Source: Dehalococcoidia bacterium
GTDB lineage: Bacteria; Chloroflexota; Dehalococcoidia; Lucifugimonadales; UBA3495
Direction of reading: 5' to 3'
Assembly (NCBI GenBank): GCA_022451925.1
Contig: JAKUNL010000001.1
Coordinates: forward strand, 141,157 to 205,156
DNA length: 64,000 nucleotides
Shown: in pieces, positions 20,344 through 29,903 of the stretch
How positions within the stretch are numbered: the first letter of the stretch is position 1
Layout: every line of letters begins with the position of its first letter
Position numbers and translations under genes: made by a program
Notes under the pieces: model-generated
What the model saw: only the letters and a program-made list of their open reading frames with translations
Database searches by the model: none
Told to the model about the DNA's origin: nothing

Positions 20344-21432
20344 CTAGTAACGAATTATCGTCCGAGCCACTTCCCCTTGGTCTAGTGCTTCAAACGCTGA
20401 ATTAATGTCTTCTAATTTCAAAGTGGCACTGATTAATTCATCCAGTTTCAACCTGCGGGCCATGTACATGTCTATCAGCATGGGCATGTCAGCCCTAGGA
20501 TAACAGGAGCCGTAGGTGCAACCCATCAGAACCCGATCAAGATGTAAAAAGTCAGGATCGATAGTAAGTTCAGCTCCGGCGGGAGTCACTCCCACAACCA
20601 CGGTGGTACCCCCGCGCTTGGTTGTGGCTAAGGCTTGATTGATGGCCGCTGTGGATCCAATTACCTCAAAGGCATAATCCGCCATATCACCACGGGTGAT
20701 ATCACGAACGCGCTCAATCACATCTTCCCCCGATGCGTCTACCATATGGGTGGCTCCAAATTGCAATGCGTTCTCCAGCTTGTTGCCATAGATATCCACC
20801 GCAATGATGGACTCAGCGCCGGCTAGGACCGCACCCTGAACCACGTTCAACCCAACACCACCAGCGCCTAACACCACCACACTACTGCCGGGTTTGACCT
20901 TCGCCGTGTTGATTACCGCTCCCACGCCAGTGGGGACTCCACAACCAATCAAAGCAACTCGGTCTAAAGGAGCGTCCTCCCGTATCTTCACGAGGCTGTC
21001 TTCAGGTACAACGGCGTATTCTCCAAAAGTCGAGAGACCATTGAAATGATGTATTTCCTGACTGCCGCTTCTCAGTCGAGTCGTACCGTCCAGCATTTTG
21101 CCTCGTAGTTGGTAGCGAGCATCGCAAAGATTCTGGCGACCTCTCACGCAATAGTTGCATTGGCCACAGGTGGGAACAAAGGACAAAACCACGTGGTCAC
21201 CGGTCTGTACGTAGCTGACGCCAGAACCAGTCTCTTCAACTACCCCGGCGCCCTCATGGCCTAAAACAACCGGCATTGGGTGTTCCCGATCTCCCTTTAT
21301 GTAGTGTAAGTCGCTGTGGCATACGCCACTAGCAGTTAGCTTTATCAGCACCTCATGATCTTTCGGCCCTTCCAACTCCAGGTTTTCTACAACCAATGGT
21401 TGGAAATTTTCATATAGGACGGCTGCTTTCAT
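20344..21432 (-). CDS. Zn-dependent alcohol dehydrogenase (MDR, class III-like)
   Basis: GVCHSD, GHEGAG, CGQCNYC..GRQNLC, GAGGVG. Confidence 0.93.
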   Translation of the reverse strand: MKAAVLYENFQPLVVENLELEGPKDHEVLIKLTASGVCHSDLHYIKGDREHPMPVVLGHEGAGVVEETGSGVSYVQTGDHVVLSFVPTCGQCNYCVRGRQNLCDARYQLRGKMLDGTTRLRSGSQEIHHFNGLSTFGEYAVVPEDSLVKIREDAPLDRVALIGCGVPTGVGAVINTAKVKPGSSVVVLGAGGVGLNVVQGAVLAGAESIIAVDIYGNKLENALQFGATHMVDASGEDVIERVRDITRGDMADYAFEVIGSTAAINQALATTKRGGTTVVVGVTPAGAELTIDPDFLHLDRVLMGCTYGSCYPRADMPMLIDMYMARRLKLDELISATLKLEDINSAFEALDQGEVARTIIRY

Positions 21433-21461
21433 TTTGTCTCTCTGATTAGTTCTAGGAAACC

Positions 21462-22736
21462 CTAATAAGGATACATATCAGCTTCCAGCGCATCCTTCCA
21501 ATCTACGTCTTTGGATAAAATGGCGTCGATCGCTCTTACTCTGTAATAAGATTCTCCGATGCCAGGAGGATCACCACCATCGGCAACAGTGCTGGCGGCG
21601 CTAATGAGCATACGCCTGGCTACAACGATAGCGATGTCACTTGCGGATAGATTCTCTAAGGTACGATCCACGATAGGACCCATGCTCTCTTGGATCGCCT
21701 GATCCTGGGTATTAATGCCCTCGATACCCGTGAATGTTTCATTCTTCTGAACCTCTCGATCAATCATCCAGTCGTTAGATTTATTCCGTCTGGTTCGAAA
21801 ATCGGCGAGCATCTCACCTGGGCCACGTCCCAATTGGACTTCCTCTTCGCGATCAGCATCGGTCAAAGGTTGACCGGCGTAGTTATAGACCCAGTTGTAA
21901 ATCATACAGTTTTCATCATCCATTGGCACCCAAACATGTCCAGCAATGAGCTGTCTAGGCTCCTGGCCTTGCAGGCCAAATTGAAGAGGGCGAAGTTGAT
22001 GGAACGGCATGACATAGTGGTATCCACGTATCAGGTTACCCTTGTCCCCAACATCCCTAATGCCGGCATAGCGGTATCCATAGTCGGTTCGGTCTACTTC
22101 CACCTTAGGAGGTTCTCCCCTCACCAGACTGGTGTTTATGGAAATACCTGGCCTGGTGGTGGTCTCACTAATCCGCCGGTGTAGGATTGGAGCGTGCGCG
22201 GTATCGATACCACCTTCCAGTGCCTGTAGCCAATTGCACTCCTGCCAGACTTTGGTAACCAGCCTGTGGCTCTCTGGAACTTGTGTCCATTCGAATTTAG
22301 GATAAGGAGGTTGTTTTTCCACCGGGCCCAGGTAGGCCCATATAACGCCCCCCATCTCTACAACTGGGTATGAAGTGATCTTAATCTTGCTAGGGTAATC
22401 ACTGTGCGGGGGTTCATTCATCATGTCCATGCAGTTGCCGGACACATCGAATTTCCAACCATGGTAAACACAACGCAGGCCACCCTCTTCGTTCCTCCCG
22501 AAGAACATCGAGGTCAATCGGTGAGGACAAAATTCGCTTAGAAGGCCAACACGATTCTGAGTATCTCGGAAGGCCACCAACTCCTCGCCCAAAAGCTTCA
22601 CCCTAACTGGCGGACAATCAGGTTCTGGAAGCTCGCTGGACAGCAGCGCGGGCATCCAATAGCGCCTTATAACGTCACCCATAGGTGTGCCTTGGCCTAT
22701 ACGGGTTAAGGTCTCGTTGTCTTCTCTGGTTAACAA
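21462..22736 (-). CDS. Rieske non-heme iron oxygenase alpha subunit (phthalate 4,5-dioxygenase/LigXa-like)
   Basis: CPHR...CVYHGWKFD Rieske motif; NWLQALEGGIDTAHAPILH iron site; QDQAIQESMGPI. Confidence 0.92.
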   Translation of the reverse strand: MLTREDNETLTRIGQGTPMGDVIRRYWMPALLSSELPEPDCPPVRVKLLGEELVAFRDTQNRVGLLSEFCPHRLTSMFFGRNEEGGLRCVYHGWKFDVSGNCMDMMNEPPHSDYPSKIKITSYPVVEMGGVIWAYLGPVEKQPPYPKFEWTQVPESHRLVTKVWQECNWLQALEGGIDTAHAPILHRRISETTTRPGISINTSLVRGEPPKVEVDRTDYGYRYAGIRDVGDKGNLIRGYHYVMPFHQLRPLQFGLQGQEPRQLIAGHVWVPMDDENCMIYNWVYNYAGQPLTDADREEEVQLGRGPGEMLADFRTRRNKSNDWMIDREVQKNETFTGIEGINTQDQAIQESMGPIVDRTLENLSASDIAIVVARRMLISAASTVADGGDPPGIGESYYRVRAIDAILSKDVDWKDALEADMYPY

Positions 22737-22966
22737 GGTAGAACCTCCAAATCACGCCAGATTACTCTTAAGGCCAGCCGTTAATGGGCCAATATTATCA
22801 TCTTGTCAGAAATCATGTACTGCTAGACCTATAGCGTATGAAATATATGCTAAGCACAGCGATTTAGGACGAAATCATAAATAATATACATAAGGAGAAT
22901 CTTAGATGAGCTGATTTAAACATTGCCACGTTGTAAAAATTACAAAAGTACACCATACGTAATCGG

Positions 22967-22995
22967 TTGACACGACATAGGCGTGGCTCTACAAT
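22967..22995 (+). promoter_or_regulatory. Putative promoter of the nitronate monooxygenase-like gene
   Basis: TTGACA-17 nt-TACAAT. Confidence 0.65.
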
Positions 22996-23146
22996 CGGTC
23001 ACACTTCAAGCCTGATCTGCTATCAACAGGTAAAATGGCCTTAAAATGTGCCATTTACCCGAGACAATCAGACAGCCACCGTTAAATCAATTGCTCACCG
23101 ACCCACAATTGCCAAAACTGTAAGCGGATTGATAGGTATTTATCAG

Positions 23147-24106
23147 ATGAAACGCACCCCGGTTAGCACCGCACTAGGGATCGCATATCCGGTATTACAA
23201 GCGGGACTACCCTGGGTTTCGAACCCAGAGCTGGTTGCGGCAGTCTCCAATGCTGGTGGATTGGGCATACTACATCCTACAGCCGGCGTTGAGGAAGGTA
23301 GCGAGCCCATAGCTGACCTACATGCGGTGATTCGCCGCGTGCAAAGACTCACCACAAAGCCTTTTGGCCTATCACTCTATCTTGCTCATCCTCAGATTGA
23401 ACAGCTAATTGAAGCGGCGGCGCAAGAGGGCATAACCATTGCCATAACCTACGGTGGCAGTCCAGCTCTCTATACCGGAACGTTGAAAGAGCACAACATG
23501 ACCGTAATTCACCAGATATCCACTGTTCGTCAGGCCCGGGGTGCGGAAGCCCAAGGAGTGGATATGGTGATTGCAGAGGGATTTGAAGGCGGCGGGTTAC
23601 GGGGACCTGACAAAGTCTCCACAATGGTATTGGTCCCTCAAGTGGTGGGGTCGATAGCCATCCCGGTGATTGCATCTGGCGGTATTGTAGACTCGCGGGG
23701 CTACGTGGCGGCAACAGCCCTTGGGGCTATGGGGGTGCAAATGGGTTCCAGATTCGTAGCTACCAAAGAATGCGTCTCTCACCAGAATTATAAAACTGCG
23801 ATGATTGCGGCCATAGACAGCGGAACGATTGTCGTTGGCGGCGACAAATGGCCAACCCGCATTCTCAAACAGGGTCTCGCCATTGAAATGAAAGAATCCG
23901 GCATGGAATCCGGTGAAGACTCAACGGCGTGGGAACAAGAATTAGGTATAGACCGCACCAAAGTTGCTTTCTTGGACGGTGATTTCAACTCAGGTGTCGC
24001 CTACACTGGGGCCGGAGCAGGTCTGATATCAGAGATTCTGACCGTTCAGGAAGTATTCAAGGATCTGGTGGACGGCAGCCATTCACTTGCCCGCAAGCTG
24101 GTTTAG
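23147..24106 (+). CDS. Nitronate monooxygenase / FabK-like flavoenzyme
   Basis: LGIAYPVLQAG, VSNAGGLG, IAEGFEGGG, PVIASGGI, GVQMGSRF; start moved to ATG 23147. Confidence 0.88.
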   Translation: MKRTPVSTALGIAYPVLQAGLPWVSNPELVAAVSNAGGLGILHPTAGVEEGSEPIADLHAVIRRVQRLTTKPFGLSLYLAHPQIEQLIEAAAQEGITIAITYGGSPALYTGTLKEHNMTVIHQISTVRQARGAEAQGVDMVIAEGFEGGGLRGPDKVSTMVLVPQVVGSIAIPVIASGGIVDSRGYVAATALGAMGVQMGSRFVATKECVSHQNYKTAMIAAIDSGTIVVGGDKWPTRILKQGLAIEMKESGMESGEDSTAWEQELGIDRTKVAFLDGDFNSGVAYTGAGAGLISEILTVQEVFKDLVDGSHSLARKLV

Positions 24107-24142
24107 ATTAGCCCATTTCCTTGTCGTCGGGTTCCCTGAGGA

Positions 24143-25396
24143 CTAAGCAGTCTCTTCCTCTTCTACTGAATCTTGTGCAATCAGTTCCTCAGCTTTCCTC
24201 ATAATTTTCTCCCTTCGGTCTCCATCGATTTTTTTGCTATCTAGATAAATGCCCAATGCCTGCATCGGCTGTAGATTTTCACCTTCTGTTGATGAGATTC
24301 GTGTCCTCCTAGCACCTTGTATCTCGCGTGAAATCGAGGATATGAAGTGCGCAGGCTCCAAGGCATCCCTGATTTCGTTTTCCCGCAAGTGAGCGTCGGA
24401 TTCCGCCGTAAGAGTGATGCGAACCCGCACCACCGCATCTGCGATTTCCTTGCGTTTTATAGCCCGGATTACAGATGCAGTCGGATCGACATCCAGAGGG
24501 TCTATAGACACGTCTACAGTGACAAAGCTCCTTGCATCAAGTTTGTGAAACGCAAAATTGGTCATCCGATTCCCTTGGGACGCGTCCTGATCTAGGTCTA
24601 CAACACAAAAACCTTTTTCGTCATCTTCTTCACTGAAATCAACTCTTTGCAAGCTTCCTGAATAAACGACCATCGGTGGATCCGAGCGAAGAACCTGGTG
24701 CTTGTGGATATGTCCCAACGCAACATATTCCACTTGGGGACGATTCAGAGCGCTAACCAACAGTACATGGTCCTGTCCCAGCATCATGGAGCGTTCTGTC
24801 CCAACAGTCGCTCCATTCACTGTTACGTGGGCGGTGATAATGGCAGGTATATTGGGGTCTAGTTCATTAGCTTCCCGTTCTATCCCATCAGTCAACCTGT
24901 CCTCCAAAGCTTGCCTCACCTGTTCAATGGACATACCGCGTGAGGCTTCACGGCTTAGAATGGCACTTCGCCTGGGCCACGGCACGGCTAATACCTGTAT
25001 TCGACCCGAAGGGGTATCAATCTTGTAGGTCTCAAGGTTGTTACCCACGTGGACATTGGCCACCTCGAGAGTCGGGAATATGTCCACGGCCGTGGCCCTA
25101 CTGGAAGCCGCCGGAAGGTCATGGTTGCCAACCAACAAAAACGATGGGATCCCTGCTTGGGATAGACGGTTCAACCGCTTGGCGAATTCCCGTTGGTGCG
25201 TTTGACTTGGGTCTCGTCCCTTGTATGCGTCACCCGCTAGGAGAACCAAGTCGACCCCCTCAGACAATGAAAATTCAACAACCTGATCTAGGGAGTCCAA
25301 AAAATCTCCCAGACGAGTTGAAAGACCGGTCTCTGGATCTATGCGACCGTAATTCTCTACCCCAATGTGCAAGTCAGAAAAGTGAAGTACTCTCAT
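24143..25396 (-). CDS. sbcD: SbcD/Mre11-family nuclease
   Basis: HFSDLHIG, AGD, GNHD, ALGHIHKHQ, YSGSLQRVDFSE. Confidence 0.92.
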   Translation of the reverse strand: MRVLHFSDLHIGVENYGRIDPETGLSTRLGDFLDSLDQVVEFSLSEGVDLVLLAGDAYKGRDPSQTHQREFAKRLNRLSQAGIPSFLLVGNHDLPAASSRATAVDIFPTLEVANVHVGNNLETYKIDTPSGRIQVLAVPWPRRSAILSREASRGMSIEQVRQALEDRLTDGIEREANELDPNIPAIITAHVTVNGATVGTERSMMLGQDHVLLVSALNRPQVEYVALGHIHKHQVLRSDPPMVVYSGSLQRVDFSEEDDEKGFCVVDLDQDASQGNRMTNFAFHKLDARSFVTVDVSIDPLDVDPTASVIRAIKRKEIADAVVRVRITLTAESDAHLRENEIRDALEPAHFISSISREIQGARRTRISSTEGENLQPMQALGIYLDSKKIDGDRREKIMRKAEELIAQDSVEEEETA

Positions 25397-25588
25397 TTCA
25401 GAATCAAAATGTGCCTTTTACCTAATCAACTGTTTAACCAGCTCGGGTTTCTATAATTTTACAGAACAGTTTCCATCGAAATGGATTATGTCGTTTAGTA
25501 TGTGGCAGAAACAAGTGGCAATGTCGTAACAATTAAGGCCAGGAATCGAATTTTATATGATCCATTAATTCAACGAGTAATGAAAAAT

Positions 25589-25617
25589 TTGACAATAAGC
25601 AATTCCGTTTCTAGAAT
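25589..25617 (+). promoter_or_regulatory. Putative promoter of the zinc-ribbon gene
   Basis: TTGACA-17 nt-TAGAAT. Confidence 0.65.
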
Positions 25618-25683
25618 CTGAGGTGATGTGACGGTGGGTATTGGACGGCTGGAACTCATGGAATATTTTCAAGGACGGCATGA

Positions 25684-26385
25684 ATGACTACCGTTAGGCA
25701 GATGTTTGCACTTCAAGAATTGGACATCATCTTGGATCGCGTGCAAGATGATGAAAATAAGACCCAGAACGAGCTCAATAATGGCGACGGCATCGGCGAT
25801 TTAGAGTCCGCTCTGCAGCGAGATTCTGAACTGCTTCAGGAATCCGAGTTGCAACAACGAGCAACCAAATTAGAGGCAGAAACTCAGAAAGAACGGTCCG
25901 AGACCCTCAACTCTCAACTATACGGCGGGGAGATAACCAACCCCAGAGATTTGGAAAGTCTCGAACATGAGCATTCCAACGTACTCAAGTTGATTGAACA
26001 ACACGAAGCTGCTTTGGACAACATCGCCGATAAAGTGGCCGTTGCCCAGTTCAAGAAAAGTGAATTGGAAGACAAGCTCGACGAAGCCAGAGCTGCTTGG
26101 CAAATTCGCCAAACAGAGTTACAAGATTCACTAAAGGAATTGGTCAAAGAACGCGAGGAAATCGAGTTGCAGCGGTCCAAATTGACCGAAGTTCTGGACC
26201 CCGTTTCTCTCCAACAATACGAGCTCCTTAGAAAGTCTAAGGGCGGCTTGGCGGTGGCAAAAGTACACAGAGGTCTTTGCCAAGGTTGCAAGATGTCATT
26301 GCCCACACATCAGCAACAGCGTGTGCGAAGCGGGAGACAAACAGTCCTTTGTAGCAGCTGTGGCAGGATGCTATTTCTAGTCTGA
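25684..26385 (+). CDS. Coiled-coil protein with C4-type zinc ribbon (DUF164-like)
   Basis: Long coiled coil, then CQGC...CSSCGRML; lies just upstream of rnpB. Confidence 0.88.
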   Translation: MTTVRQMFALQELDIILDRVQDDENKTQNELNNGDGIGDLESALQRDSELLQESELQQRATKLEAETQKERSETLNSQLYGGEITNPRDLESLEHEHSNVLKLIEQHEAALDNIADKVAVAQFKKSELEDKLDEARAAWQIRQTELQDSLKELVKEREEIELQRSKLTEVLDPVSLQQYELLRKSKGGLAVAKVHRGLCQGCKMSLPTHQQQRVRSGRQTVLCSSCGRMLFLV

Positions 26386-26420
26386 TACTTCAAAATCCAA
26401 TCTGTACGCATAAAACAAAG

Positions 26421-26447
26421 AATGGCCGGTTTACGCCGGCCATTTTT
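26421..26447 (+). terminator. Intrinsic terminator
   Basis: AATGGCCGG-TTTACG-CCGGCCATT followed by a T-run. Confidence 0.75.
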
Positions 26448-26486
26448 TGTTTTCCAAATCATTGCCCCGGATAAATAGCCTCCAAT

Positions 26487-26515
26487 TGACCCTCGTATAT
26501 GCCTGTGCTAGAGTC
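26487..26515 (+). promoter_or_regulatory. Promoter of rnpB
   Basis: TTGACC-17 nt-TAGAGT just before the RNA 5' end. Confidence 0.65.
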
Positions 26516-26520
26516 CGACT

Positions 26521-26961
26521 GGAGGGTCATGCAGGCTGGGTGATCGCCGTTCTTCTATTGTGGAAGGAGGGAGGAAAGTCCGGGCTCCTCTGGGCAGGGT
26601 GCTGGGTAACGCCCAGGCTTCTAGCGTCTGCGGTAACGCTCCGTTAGGAGACGGAAAGTGGCACAGAAACATACCGTCCTTCTATCTCTAGAAGGATAAG
26701 GGTGAAATCGGACGGTAAGAGCGTCCGACCGTTTGCGGCGACGCAACGGTGGCTAAACCCCACCTGGAGCAAGGCCAAATAGGGGGACATAGGCGCCTGG
26801 CCAGTCCCCGGGTTGGCCGCTTGACTGCGACGGTAACGTCGTTCCGCCAAAAGCGGACATACGCCGGCTTAACCACCGGCGTTTGGGCTAGATAGATGAT
26901 CACCACCTTCCCCTTGCGGGGAGGATACAGAACCCGGCTTACAGGTCTGCAGAACCCCTCC
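26521..26961 (+). ncRNA. rnpB: RNase P RNA (bacterial type A-like)
   Basis: GAGGAAAGTCCGGGCTCC, GGAAAGTGGCACAGAAA, GGTAAGAG, GGCTAAACCCCACCTGGAGCAAGGCCAAATAG, AGATAGATGATC, ACAGAACCCGGCTTA; terminal P1 pairing GGAGGG.../...CCCTCC. Confidence 0.96.
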
Positions 26962-27157
26962 AGCCGCATGCCCAGGGCAGCACTTTGGAAACCCCGGTAT
27001 TGAGCTTTAAATAGTTGATGAATTCTGCGGCAACTATTATGATTGAGTCAACACTCTTGCCAAGTAGTTGAATTGGCATCAGGCACCATCGCCAATTCTA
27101 AACGTTCGAAGTAACCAAACTACCTAGGCAACTTTCAGAACAGAGGAACTCCACAAC

Positions 27158-27820
27158 TTGTACCTGGACATGCACAGCCATTCCGTGTCGTCCGACGACT
27201 CCCGTGCCACCGTTGAACAGTATGTAAAATGGATCCAAGTACTGCGAAAGCGGGGACACATTGTCGACGGCATAGTTCTTACAGAGCACCGTAAATTCGA
27301 CTTCGATAAAAACTACTCAGACCTGGCCAGCCAATACGACGTGTTGATTTTAAAAGGTTCCGAACTGGATACCCGATACGGTCACTTCCTCGTATACGGC
27401 GTCACTAAACAACTGACCGAAGCCATAGATTTCGGCGATACACGGATGGATTCCAGAGAATTGATGAAGGCTGCTCGACAATACGACGCATTTGCCTTGC
27501 CAGCCCATCCAGGGCGCTTCGGAATTGGACTAACCGATTATATTTCCCAAGGCGAGACCTTCGAAGATGTGTCCATCGTTGAACGCTTTAACGGCGGCAG
27601 TAGACCCGGTGAGAACGAACGGGCTGACGAATTATGTGAAAGTCACGGCCTGTTAGGCATCGGCGGCAGCGACGCCCATCTAACTAGCCATATCGCCACC
27701 TGTATGACCAATTTCAATACGACGATTAGAAAAGAGGGTGACGTGGTAGATGCACTACTAAGTAAAGATTTTCATCCAGTTTGGCTCAAGGACACCATCA
27801 ACGGAGCCTCTCCCACATAA
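27158..27820 (+). CDS. PHP-domain metal-dependent phosphoesterase-like protein
   Basis: DMHSHS, LTEH, GSEL, GHFL, AHP, GGSDAH; TTG start with GAGG SD. Confidence 0.87.
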   Translation: MYLDMHSHSVSSDDSRATVEQYVKWIQVLRKRGHIVDGIVLTEHRKFDFDKNYSDLASQYDVLILKGSELDTRYGHFLVYGVTKQLTEAIDFGDTRMDSRELMKAARQYDAFALPAHPGRFGIGLTDYISQGETFEDVSIVERFNGGSRPGENERADELCESHGLLGIGGSDAHLTSHIATCMTNFNTTIRKEGDVVDALLSKDFHPVWLKDTINGASPT

Positions 27821-27858
27821 ACCGCGTTAACTGCCCGTCTTACCTAAGGAGGAATGCC

Positions 27859-28308
27859 ATGGCAATGGAAATTGAATATGATCGGTCGCTCTACGGGGTA
27901 GAGCACAAAGCCGGCCCCTTCGAAATCAGCGATTACACCATCGACCGAGCCAACCAGAGCACCGGAGAGTTAGGACCAGCATTTACTTCGGACGAAGGTG
28001 CAAAAGCAGCAGGATATAAAGGAAGGATTGCTCCTCCAACGCTATGTTGCATCCTCGTTCGCCAAGTGGCGCTGCCGGATGTAAAGGTTCAGTTCGGTAA
28101 AACGTCAATGCATGCGGGGCAACGAGTCGAACCTAAAGCTCCGGTGTACGCTGGAGACCGATTAACCGCCTCCTCCCATCTAAAAGATGTGTACGCAAAG
28201 ACTGGGCGTTCCGGCACCATGGTCTTTGTTGTCTGGGAAACTACATTCTCTAATCAGGACGGCCAGATTGTTGCAGAAGTACAAGAGTCTTTTGCCAGAA
28301 GAGAGTGA
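27859..28308 (+). CDS. MaoC-like dehydratase N-terminal (hot-dog) subunit
   Basis: AKAAGYKGRIAPPT, MHAGQ, PVYAGD, GTMVFVVWET; AAGGAGG SD before ATG 27859. Confidence 0.85.
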   Translation: MAMEIEYDRSLYGVEHKAGPFEISDYTIDRANQSTGELGPAFTSDEGAKAAGYKGRIAPPTLCCILVRQVALPDVKVQFGKTSMHAGQRVEPKAPVYAGDRLTASSHLKDVYAKTGRSGTMVFVVWETTFSNQDGQIVAEVQESFARRE

Positions 28309-28365
28309 TTGGGGAATATACCAATCCGCTGAAACCCGTCCATCAATAAACTACCTGGGGGAACT

Positions 28366-28788
28366 TTGCCTTACTACGACGAGATAGAACTGGGTGACGA
28401 GATCGGACCTGTAGAGAAAGTCGCCACTGACGACGAGGTGTCCAGTTTCTGCGAGGTTTGGGGAACATCCAGTCCCAACCGTTTTACTGATGCCGAAACA
28501 GCAGCCAAATCTGGAATGAAAGGCGGGCCCATTGTTCCTGGCATCATGACCATGGCAATGATGGCTCAACTGCTCACCGATTGGGGAGGCCCGGGTTCCA
28601 TAAAAGATTTGGACTTAGTATTTCGTCAGCCGGTCCCACACAATCGCGCACTGACCCTAGCCGCCACAATCACAGACATAAGGGAAGAGGACGGCGAAAA
28701 TCTGGCCGAGTGCGACATCCTAATGACCGGTACTGAAGGCGAACGTTACATAGGCGGCAAGGCGATAGTCACTCTCCAATCCCGCTAG
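28366..28788 (+). CDS. MaoC-like dehydratase (hot-dog) subunit
   Basis: YYDEIELGDEI, DAETAAKSGM..PIVPGIM, FRQPV. Confidence 0.85.
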   Translation: MPYYDEIELGDEIGPVEKVATDDEVSSFCEVWGTSSPNRFTDAETAAKSGMKGGPIVPGIMTMAMMAQLLTDWGGPGSIKDLDLVFRQPVPHNRALTLAATITDIREEDGENLAECDILMTGTEGERYIGGKAIVTLQSR

Positions 28789-28864
28789 GGGGTAATACAA
28801 CCCAGTTTAGGTTCAACACCTTGTCTCAGCGTAAAGATTCAAGTACGACTAAGTAGATATAGAG

Positions 28865-29779
28865 ATGCTAAAACGATTGCGGCAAGTGGCTTTCTTAGTC
28901 AATGACCTGGAAGATGGTCAGGATCTTTACCGAAAGCATTTAGGCATGGAAACCTGCTATTCTGGGGATCCCAGTCGCTACGACCTCAAAAATGCTATCC
29001 TACCTGCAGGCAATGAGACTTTTGTTGAACTACTACAGCCAACCACACCTGATTCCTCGGCTAGCAATCACCTAAAACGTCGAGGCGAGTCCCCTTACAT
29101 CCTAATCTTCGAGACCAGTGATTACGACCGACTCATTCTGCACTTGAACTCCATGGGCGTACGTCTATCTGAGGAACCTTCACTAGGGGAATATCGGCAT
29201 GCTTTCATCCACCCATCTTCGACCAACGGTGCGCTCCTTGAAATAGTCGAAGTCAACGATGCGAACAACTCGTGGCCTGCAGCTGGTCCAGATTGGGATT
29301 CTTTAAGTCACAAACCTTTAACCAAACAAATACGGCAGACAGCAGTGTTGGTTTATGACTTAGACACCGCAGTTAAAAGCTGGGAAGAGATGTTTGGCAT
29401 AACCGCTACCAAGCGGTTCCACGTGAGTTTCACAGACTTGGAGATAGCAATTCTTCCACTAGCAGGGAAGGACACATTCATAGAACTAGCTCAACCCACC
29501 GGAGACGATGTCCCCTCTGGGAGGTTTTTAAAACGCTACGGGGAGGGTATCTACTTGACCATATACGAGATTGAAGACTCGTTATATATGGATGGCTATC
29601 TCAAAGAACAAAAAGCCCGCTATACGTCGTCACGGGTTACCAATAATTATGTGAACTTGGGCTTCAACAGCATCTGGCTACACCCGGCTGGCATGAAAGG
29701 CGCCTTCACTCAGCTATCGGAAGTCCTAGTTGATGACAACCCTTGGCCCCCAGCAGGTGATACCTGGTACCTAAAATAA
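28865..29779 (+). CDS. Two-domain VOC/glyoxalase family protein (methylmalonyl-CoA epimerase-like)
   Basis: Internal repeat RQVAFLV/RQTAVLV, TFVELLQP/TFIELAQP, FIHP/WLHP, WPAAG/WPPAG. Confidence 0.85.
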   Translation: MLKRLRQVAFLVNDLEDGQDLYRKHLGMETCYSGDPSRYDLKNAILPAGNETFVELLQPTTPDSSASNHLKRRGESPYILIFETSDYDRLILHLNSMGVRLSEEPSLGEYRHAFIHPSSTNGALLEIVEVNDANNSWPAAGPDWDSLSHKPLTKQIRQTAVLVYDLDTAVKSWEEMFGITATKRFHVSFTDLEIAILPLAGKDTFIELAQPTGDDVPSGRFLKRYGEGIYLTIYEIEDSLYMDGYLKEQKARYTSSRVTNNYVNLGFNSIWLHPAGMKGAFTQLSEVLVDDNPWPPAGDTWYLK

Positions 29780-29807
29780 ATTAGCCTCTGCGTGAACGAT
29801 CTCGAAA

Positions 29808-29865
29808 TTGACTGTCCTAAAACCCTATGATAGAGTCATAGATAATGAAAAGATACTAGGTATCA
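29808..29865 (+). promoter_or_regulatory. Promoter plus Fur-family operator-like palindrome upstream of the Fur-family gene
   Basis: TTGACT-17 nt-TAGAGT (29808-29836); AGATACT-A-GGTATCA (29851-29865). Confidence 0.55.
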
Positions 29866-29903
29866 ATATTCGCCTAAGCAATACTTTAGTAAGCAGGAAT
29901 CGC

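Noticed and set aside
22832-22852. Imperfect palindrome TAGCGTAT-N5-ATATGCTA upstream of the Rieske oxygenase
   Set aside because: Single occurrence in AT-rich DNA with no regulator nearby; insufficient support.
25400-25560. LexA (GAAC-N4-GTTC) boxes upstream of sbcD; also looked upstream of uvrB
   Set aside because: Only a partial match (AGAACAGTTTCC); no convincing palindrome.
26447-26969. Short ORFs overlapping 26447-26969
   Set aside because: They overlap the RNase P RNA and are spurious.
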